IMG/VR virus record: IMGVR_UViG_3300013131_000021
Reading direction: 5' to 3' (one strand)
From: a virus
DNA: 64,000 nt
A model generated the notes under the pieces. It was given only the letters and a program-made list of their open reading frames with translations, was not told the DNA's origin and made no database searches. Positions 10,601 through 19,600 of this stretch are shown in pieces. Position numbers and translations under genes: made by a program. Each line of letters starts with the position of its first letter. Within the stretch, counting starts at the first letter, position 1.

Positions 10601-13600
10601 CTCCGCCGAAATCAATTCCTGTCATTAATTGATTCAGTTCGTTGCCTATCATACCTGCAGTAGGAGAATAATATTTGTTAATTCTATCAACAGCTGATAA
10701 TAACAAATCATTTATTTCATATGATACGCTAATAATATCACCGTCTGCTGGAGCTACATTGAATGAAAGTTTTCCTCTTAATCTAGAATACGTATCTAAG
10801 GAAGAATAGTAAAAACTTATATTATACTCGTTGCTTAAAACTACCTTATTGTTTTTAAAAATCGTAATTTTTGTTTTATCTCTAGTAGGAGCATAATTTA
10901 ATTCAAATACTGCTGATCTGCCGTTGGCAAAAATTATTTGATTTTTAGAAGGAGTTTGGTAATCGGAATTTTTATTCACTCTATCAAATTTTATACCAAG
11001 ATTAAAACTTCTAATCTTAGATTCGCCTATAATTGCAACTGCCTTAGCTTGACGTGCAGTGGATGGATTTCCTCCCACTAAAGTTATTGTAGGAGCTTTG
11101 GTATATTTTTCACCAGGAGTTAACACTTCAATTCCTGATACCCTACCATTAGACACATAAGCTTTCGCTGTAGCTCCTGTTCCGTTTCCGTCTATCAATA
11201 CCTTAGGGGGTGTTCTGTATTCAGATCCAGAATCATAAATCTCAATAGCAATAATAGAAAATCCCTTATTATCTGCCCAATATTTCCAAGGATATTGATT
11301 AATCTCTGGTCGGTTTTCATCTATCGAAATTATAGTGCCGTCTGTTTTAGAATAGGCAGGAGGCAAATCAAAATCTGTTTCAGATGATTGATATTCTTCT
11401 ATGTTATCATATCTGCTTATATATTCTCTTATAGTTGTTCTAAAAGGTTTTACTTCATTGATATATTCCTGATAACTTTCTAAATTATCATTCTTGTAAT
11501 TAGTCTTTGTTTCAAAAGAACCTATATTATGTGTGGCGTTTAAAAAACTAGTTTTGAAAACCCAGTCAACATACTGCTGCTCTGCTAAAACGTATCGTAT
11601 GCTTGAGAAAAAAGAATTATTCCATTCAACAGAATAATCTCCAACAAAAATATCTTCTTTCAAAGCTTTTATAATGTTTCTAAATTCTTTAGAATTGTCA
11701 ACATCATAATCCGTGTCATCAAATGATTTGTCGTTATCGAATCCTATTCCGTAGATAGTTGTATCATATAAAGCAGTGGATAATTGGATAGTTCCATTTT
11801 GTCTGCCTACCAAAGTCCATCTACTAAAAAAATCTGCTCCGGAATTTGCTATCTTTCTAAATACTGCCCATCCTCCTGAGCCATATTCTTTAATTCTAAT
11901 TAAATCGTCTTCAACAGTTTGCATAGTGTCTTCATCGAAAACAGTATTCAGTTCGATAGTAATTCTTGTATTTTGTCCGTATCCTGTTAACCACCAATCA
12001 CTGTAATTCCAATACCTAGTTGTATCAAATGCTTGAGATTGGCTTCTAAAAAATACTTTTCTAATATCGTCCCAAGAATAAATGCTCCAAAAATTATCAA
12101 TTTTAGAATCTGATCTAACCAATACTGAAAAATATCTTACAGTAGCATTTATTGTACTATATTTTTTACCTCTATTTGTTACTACTACAGTTATGATTCT
12201 TCCTTGTCCGTCTATATGACATTCTGCCGAGGCATTTATTCCGTCGCCTTGTATACTAATAGGAGGACCTAAATACACCCCCGGTATTTCCTGATTGAAT
12301 AATTCCTTGGGTTTATATCCGAATCCCGAATCAACTATATCTATAGTGTCTAATTCTCCATTCAAGAGATTTGCACGTAAAACAGCTCGTTTGGTTCGTA
12401 CCGTACCTACTGTGAATAGATCGGTATCTGTTTCTACTACGGTATCATATAAATTTAAAACCTCGGCAGGAATTTCATCCTTAGAATTTAGATTTGTAAA
12501 GTCGATTGTATCTACAAATGGTTCTTTCAATAAAACATTGTTGGCACGTTCTGTAAACAGCTTCACTGCTGCTATTCTATCTACAAACATCCCCTGTCTT
12601 GGTCTAAAATTAATTCCGTATTTTTGTTTTTCCGACAAATTAGTATCAGGAACCCTATTACCCATGACATCAAATCCGACCAAACTATCAATCCATTTTC
12701 TTTCTAATTTATCTGCCGGGAGGCTATCGGGTATACCTTCAGTTAACAATTGATATTCGTTATGAATCGAATTTAGTTGTTTTAGATTTTTTCTATATTT
12801 TATATTCAATAGAGCGGTGTCTGAAGAAATAACTGATTGAAAATTATAAGTTAAAAACTTATCAGAATCAATCATAGCTATAAATGCGATACCAGAGCCT
12901 GCAGGATTATTAATGATTCCAGCTACCTCTGCTGCAGATTTGGTTCTGCCCGGCATATTCGACGGAATTAGTGCTTTATTTGCTACCCAATAATAATACT
13001 TGGTTTCATTTACTAGGCCAGTGGTTTTGCTAAAAAACTGTTTTTGACTATAAATGTTATTATTTGGATATAATGGTTGTCCTGAAATTCCTAAGGCTAA
13101 TCCCTCGTTAGTATCAGCCAATGCAGCCCATTCGCTAGGTAATAATGAAGTTTCTACCCACTCGCATACATCGATGCTGCTTCCAAAAGCCAATTGATTC
13201 CAATTACCTGTTCTATAGGCATAATCTTTCTGTTCGGCATATAACCATTTGGCATTACCAATGTTCCACCATAACTTTCCTACATTTTTTTCATACCACG
13301 GAATGCTTGTGTCGACTACAACATCTTCTGTGCCAAAATTGTAAATAGCCGGATCATAGGGAGTTTTGAATTTAATTTCTTGTTCTGCAACATTTAAAAT
13401 TTTTCCTTTAGCAGAATCTACATAATCGACGTCTTGAATTTTAACATTATTAACATTATCATATAATTCTATACTTTGTATTTTTCTAATATCTACTACC
13501 GATTCTCGAGTTGTTAATGTGTTCCAAGACGACACTGTAGGATCTTTTTTGAACAATCGCACATTACCAACATATTCACCTTCATAAGCTATTACTCCAG

Positions 13601-16600
13601 AAGCATGAGCCACTGGAAGTCTATAAAACGGAGAACCTACAGCGATATATGACCCAACACAATCAACACTAAACCCAAACGACTCGTCGGGAGCTAGAAC
13701 TTCTTGTAATTTTTCGGTCAAGAAAAATACTTGATCTTTTTTATCAAACACATAAACACCCCCGGTATAACCTTGTGGGTACGAGAATGTGGTTGCGGAT
13801 TTATCAAAAGTTGTTCCTAATAACAAATCAAAGTAAACAGAAAGATTAGACGAAGTATTTCTAGCACCTACAGCTATTTTAGTACCATCTGGACTTATAG
13901 ATACCCCGTAGCCAAAATATTCATTTGGGTATTGTTCGAAACTTTCTAATTTTTGTTTTACTCTAAATTCTGTCAAATTGTCGTCTAAAGACAAAACGTA
14001 AACCGATCCTTGATCTTGAAAACTTATATCGGATTTTGGACTCGAAACAACTAAATTGTTTCCAGAAGCATCGATATCCATCGAAAAACCAAATTGATCA
14101 CCTGTGCTTATAACTAATCCCGAATCAATGTCCGAGAACGAGCTTATAGATGAAGCATTTATCATTTGAGTTAGGGTATAAACATCGTTAGCATCTCTTA
14201 TGTAAACAAATATCTTTCCAGAAGGAGATGTTGTACTATCTCCCACTTCCACCCATACTGACGAATCTGACGGATTTTCATTATAACTTCTATAAGTAGA
14301 ATCTGCCGCTATTGAAAAACCTTCTAATTTATAATACTGGTATTCTGTGATAGGAGCGCCTTCAACAGACGACACATATCTGACAACTTCACCTTCGATA
14401 TATTCAACATCCGGGCGCCACATTCCCCTATAATTAGCAAAAAATTGTCCGTCTGCTTCCGGAGCTCCTATTACTAAAATGCTGCCATCGCTGTTCATGG
14501 CCATCGAAGTGCCAAACTTATCGCCCGCTTTTATTAGTTCTGCTATTTGATCATTAGAAAGTAAACCAGTATAAGCAAACTCTAAAGTCGATCCGTCGTC
14601 CTCTAAAGCAACATTAGTAGGTAAAGAACAGTGGGTTGAAATTTTACCAATTTTGACCCATCCAGAATTATCCATCGATAAAGTACTGCCATCAGCTGTA
14701 GAGTCTTCTAATGATGTCCATAGATTCCCTCTTACTCCCTCAGCCTCAGGATCTTGTGCTGCTTGCCAAACTATATCACCCGAATAATACGATGCAAGGG
14801 GATCATAAATTCCTTTATATCTAATATTTTCTAGATGTTTCCATGTAGAATTTTCATACTTGTAAAGATATACTCTACCAGTATTGTTATAACTGCCTGT
14901 GGCAGACACACTCAGATAATAGCTATTTCCAGATTTACTAATTGATATCTCAGATCCAAAAAATTCATTGTCTGCTGGCCTTGGGCTTATAAATGTTTGA
15001 GATATAGTATAAGATCCGTTGGCATACTCGTAAATAGAAATAATACCCTGTTGATAATAACCTTCGGCATTACCAGAAGTTAATGCAGGTATTATTTCGG
15101 CTAATTCCCAATCATCAGTATTAATGGCTAATTCTGTACTGCCGTCGGGTAAGGCACTGTTAGCATTTTTAGCCTTCCATAAGCGACCACCATATAAAAC
15201 AATGTCTTCCGGTTCATAAAACTTACTAGGTTCCCATTCTCCTTTATAATTTGAGGTAATACCGCTAGCTAATGGTGCTCCTACTATCAAATATTTTGAA
15301 TCAGGACTTATTGCCATCTTAGATCCAAACGAACCTAAAACATTATTAAAAAATCCAGTAGGAGGAGATACAATCTGTTTTAATTGTAATCCTGTTAATG
15401 ATTCAGCATATACTAAAACTAATCCTGAACCGGGCACACCTGTAATAACATGTTTATTAATGTTATCATAAATTACTTTTTCTCCGGTTCTTAATGGAGT
15501 CGATGTTCCATAATCTGATAAAAATTTAGCACTATACTGTTTTTGTTTTTCTACAACTTCCCATAAATTTTCACCATTATCATCTACAAATATTTTAGAT
15601 CCGTTAAAGTATAAAGCTGCCAATCCCTGAGAGATATTTGAATAAGAATCAAATCTGCACTCCGTAAATGCATGAGGGCGTGTTGTGGTACTTGAATCTA
15701 ATTCAGGATCAAGACTAGTGCTAGATACTTCAATTGTAATAGCAACATTGGAAATAGAAATAATTTTAAAAAAGCCAACTAGATTAATTATGTCTCTAAA
15801 TCCGACATAATCATTTACTGCAAAATTATGTCTACGATTAAATTTTATTTCTACACTAGTTGTTGATAATCTGTTAACTCCTTCTAAACTTAATAAAGAT
15901 AATTCGTTTAATCTAAAAACTGTCCAAGAATCTTTATAAAATGTTATCCAGATATGATCATTTTCATTTACAGTGTTAATATCCAGATTAATCAAATCTT
16001 CTATATTCTGAATAACCAGTTCATATTGTCCTATGGAAACATAACCAGCAGTAAATGTAGGTTCGGTTTCAAATGACATAGTGTTGATGTCAACACTATA
16101 AGGAATGGTTGGTATCGTAAAATCTGAAATAGTTAATCTATAATTTTGATCAATATCTATTAAAGATTCATTTTCTTCTATTAAAAATACTTGTGGATTG
16201 ATCTCAAATTTATTTCTTTCGAGTTGTATTTCAACTTCTGTTAGCTGATCAGTTCCTCCTAATCTTCCAAGTAAGAACGCCCATTCTTCATTTAATTCTA
16301 TACTATCACTTCCAGATCTACTTAACTTTCCAAAAATTTTAGTTATAGAATTATTAGTTCCTTTTTCTTTTATAAATCCCTGATATAATTGAAACTGTGT
16401 TATAGGATCTTCTGCTAAATTTTGTAAATAATTTCTAGATTGATAACCAACAGTATGACGGGCTAGATCTCTTTGACTTTGACTTACGCCTTCAGAAGAA
16501 ACATCAAAATAATCATAAAACTGATTAATCTTATAATCAAAATTAGGAATCAAAGATTTAGTAGGAGTAGAGTCTAGTTTACTCCAAACATTGTCATCAA

Positions 16601-19600
16601 AAAATTCAGACCCTAATTGATTTTGTAAGCTGACCCAATTATAAGCTTTATAAGTAACAATATCACCTAGTTTATAGTCTTTGTAAGGTTGCCAGGTTTG
16701 TATGTTTACATTATCAAATATAAATCCTGGGCTCGTATAATCTCCATCCCAGTCTGTAGTTCTAAATCCTTGAACTTTTATTCTTCCCTGTCTATATCCT
16801 GTGGTCTTATCGTAGATGATATCATTAAAAACTGTTCTGTCGTCAAATATCGTAACATGCTCTTTTAGAACATAATACAATTTTAGATAATAGATACCAT
16901 CAGAAGTATTAGTTGTTTCAACAGTGATATTTTGATTAGATCTGTTTACATTAATAAATTGTGGTTGAAGAGGTTTTCCGTCTCCTTTTAGAATTCCATA
17001 ATTATAAAAACCATCTAAAATATTATCAGGTACACCCACAGCCATGGTTAAATTTATTTTTTCTGCGGCAGGGCTTAGAGAAATGATCGAACCAATTTCC
17101 CAATTGTGTTTTGTCCAGAACATAAATTCTTTAGAAGATGAAAGCCAATTTTGGCTAGTTTTATTCTGGGGATCGTATCTATCGAAAACGAATCCTATGG
17201 AAATTAAATAATTTTCATAGCCTAATAGAAAATCAATTACTTGTTGGATAGATGTAAACTGTGTCCCGTAACTTAGTTTCTTAACGCTTAAAGTGTTGAA
17301 AACTCTTCGTCTATAAGCCTCGATAGCACCAACCTTAGGCAAATCATTTAATTTTTTCCAGTTAGCTGGATCAAAAAACTCTCCACTGTTGTGAGTTTTA
17401 AGAGATCTAAAATAATTATTATTATATCTTACTAAAGAACCATTACTGTAGTTTTTATTTTCAATCCACACTGTGAATACTTCACTTATACCGCCGACTG
17501 ATATTAAAGGATCTTTGCTGTTAGGTTGAGCTTGGTAATAATAGAAATAAGGATTAATATCATCATATCCGGTTATTACCCAACCTCCATTGGTCTTTTC
17601 TAATATAACTCCGCTATATGTTATATTGGCGATTGGTGAGCTTATATTAAAAATAATATCGTAATTTTCAGGCGGGATAAAAATACTTGCAGTAGTCGCT
17701 GCAGGGCTTTTACTATCTAATAAGAATTTCTGCTGTTGCTGATCAACAAATCCACTCATTCGATAAGATAATGCTACATCTAAATTATTAATCTTATCTG
17801 TTATTGTGCTAGTGTTTATTCCTTTAGATTTAATGTACGCTACTAGATACTTCAATAATCCAACAGACGGATCATCTAATGAATATTTTGTTATATCATT
17901 TTTAGAGGTAAATGTATATGAATCTTTATTAACTAACTGTCCTAACTGATTCAATACAATTTTCGATCTATCAAAACTGTCAGCTATGAAATCAAAAGGT
18001 TTCATTAAACACATAGCTATAATAATAGCAAAAGGATATTCAGAACTGGATCTCCACGCATATTCAACGGGAGCTGTATCACCTAATACAAACGCACCTT
18101 GATTATTAATCAAAGAAAAATCTTGCGCTAATCCAGAATCAAGAGGACTTAATAGTTTTCCATCACCATCTACCGGAATGTGATTTAATATGTTAGGTCT
18201 AGCATATCTACTATGTCTTCCTGCTCTATCTCCTTGTCTTATTACACCTGCTTGAAGATCTTCCCATAAAATCAAATTGTTTTTTGTATAAGGTGCAGGA
18301 CCGTATTGTTCTTCCCACCAACTCGGCTGTTGTGAAAATCCTAACATTTCCCATGGGCATCTATGTGGTCGATCTGTATCGTAGAACCATTGATACACAC
18401 CTCTCCAATATCCTGGAAGATTGACAGTTTTTGTTGGATCTGTCATGTTTGAATATGTGTAGGTGAAAGAATTTTGACTATCAAAATAGGTATTCAGTGT
18501 GTAATTGATATTTGTATTCTGAATCCATTTAAAAAATTCTTGACTAATAATATAATCAAATTGAGATTTTTTATAAGCACCTACTCCGTAATATCCTGAT
18601 AAAATTTGATCTATATCAAAAATACTTCTGTTGTATTCAGCCTTGATGTTGTTATAAATTCTTAGTTCTAATTCTAATAATAATTCATCTCTAAAATCAC
18701 CGTATGCAGCAGTTATACTTCCATCATGTCCTATTATCACCTCTCTTGGTTCAATATAGGTGTCATCTATAAATTTTTGAGGGGTATATTTTTTATACAA
18801 CCCCATAGAAGTAGGTGTTGGAGGAATATGATTTGTTGAAGTAGAAATATATTCTCTAATTTCAATAACATCATTGGAGTTTAAATTAACTTTTAAACGT
18901 ACAAATCCAAAAGTAGAATCAAAAATATAATCTCTATCGTTAATCAATTGCTGATTGTTTTGATACACATATACTGCTTTCTTGCTTAATGTAGAAAGAT
19001 CAAATTTTTCAGATAGAGAATATGTTTGAATTCCAGTATCTTCTACCACATAAACAATTTTAGAATAAGCTCCAGCCCCTATCATATCACTATCATAGAA
19101 TGGACTGTTTGAATCTTTTGTTTTTGTTAGATTATTAATAACATCATCAACAAAATCAATGATATTATCATTGTATTCTATTTCGATCGCTTTGGCTAAA
19201 AAATTAGATTTAAATTCTGTATAAGCTTTTTTAGAATATTGTATAGATTTTATTATGTTGTGAGTCTTGTCACATAACAACATCATGCTTAACGAAGTCA
19301 ATCCAGAATGCTTAATAAATCTTTTACCGAAAGATTGAAAATTAAACAAATCTCGCAAATTTGAATTTCCCGGAATAGATCCGATCAAGGAATTACTAAA
19401 TTCTAACGCCGATGTTACATGATCTATGGCCTGTCCTAGAGTAAATGATTTTAGAGGATCATTGAACGGATTTTTTTCTAGTCCTATTGGAATTTCATAA
19501 AATCCTTCTATTGGTTCAAGATCAGCAATAATCTTTAATGAGACTGTAGATTTAGCAGCTATATTTTCTGCAAAAGTAAAAGTATTTCCCTTTATTTCAT

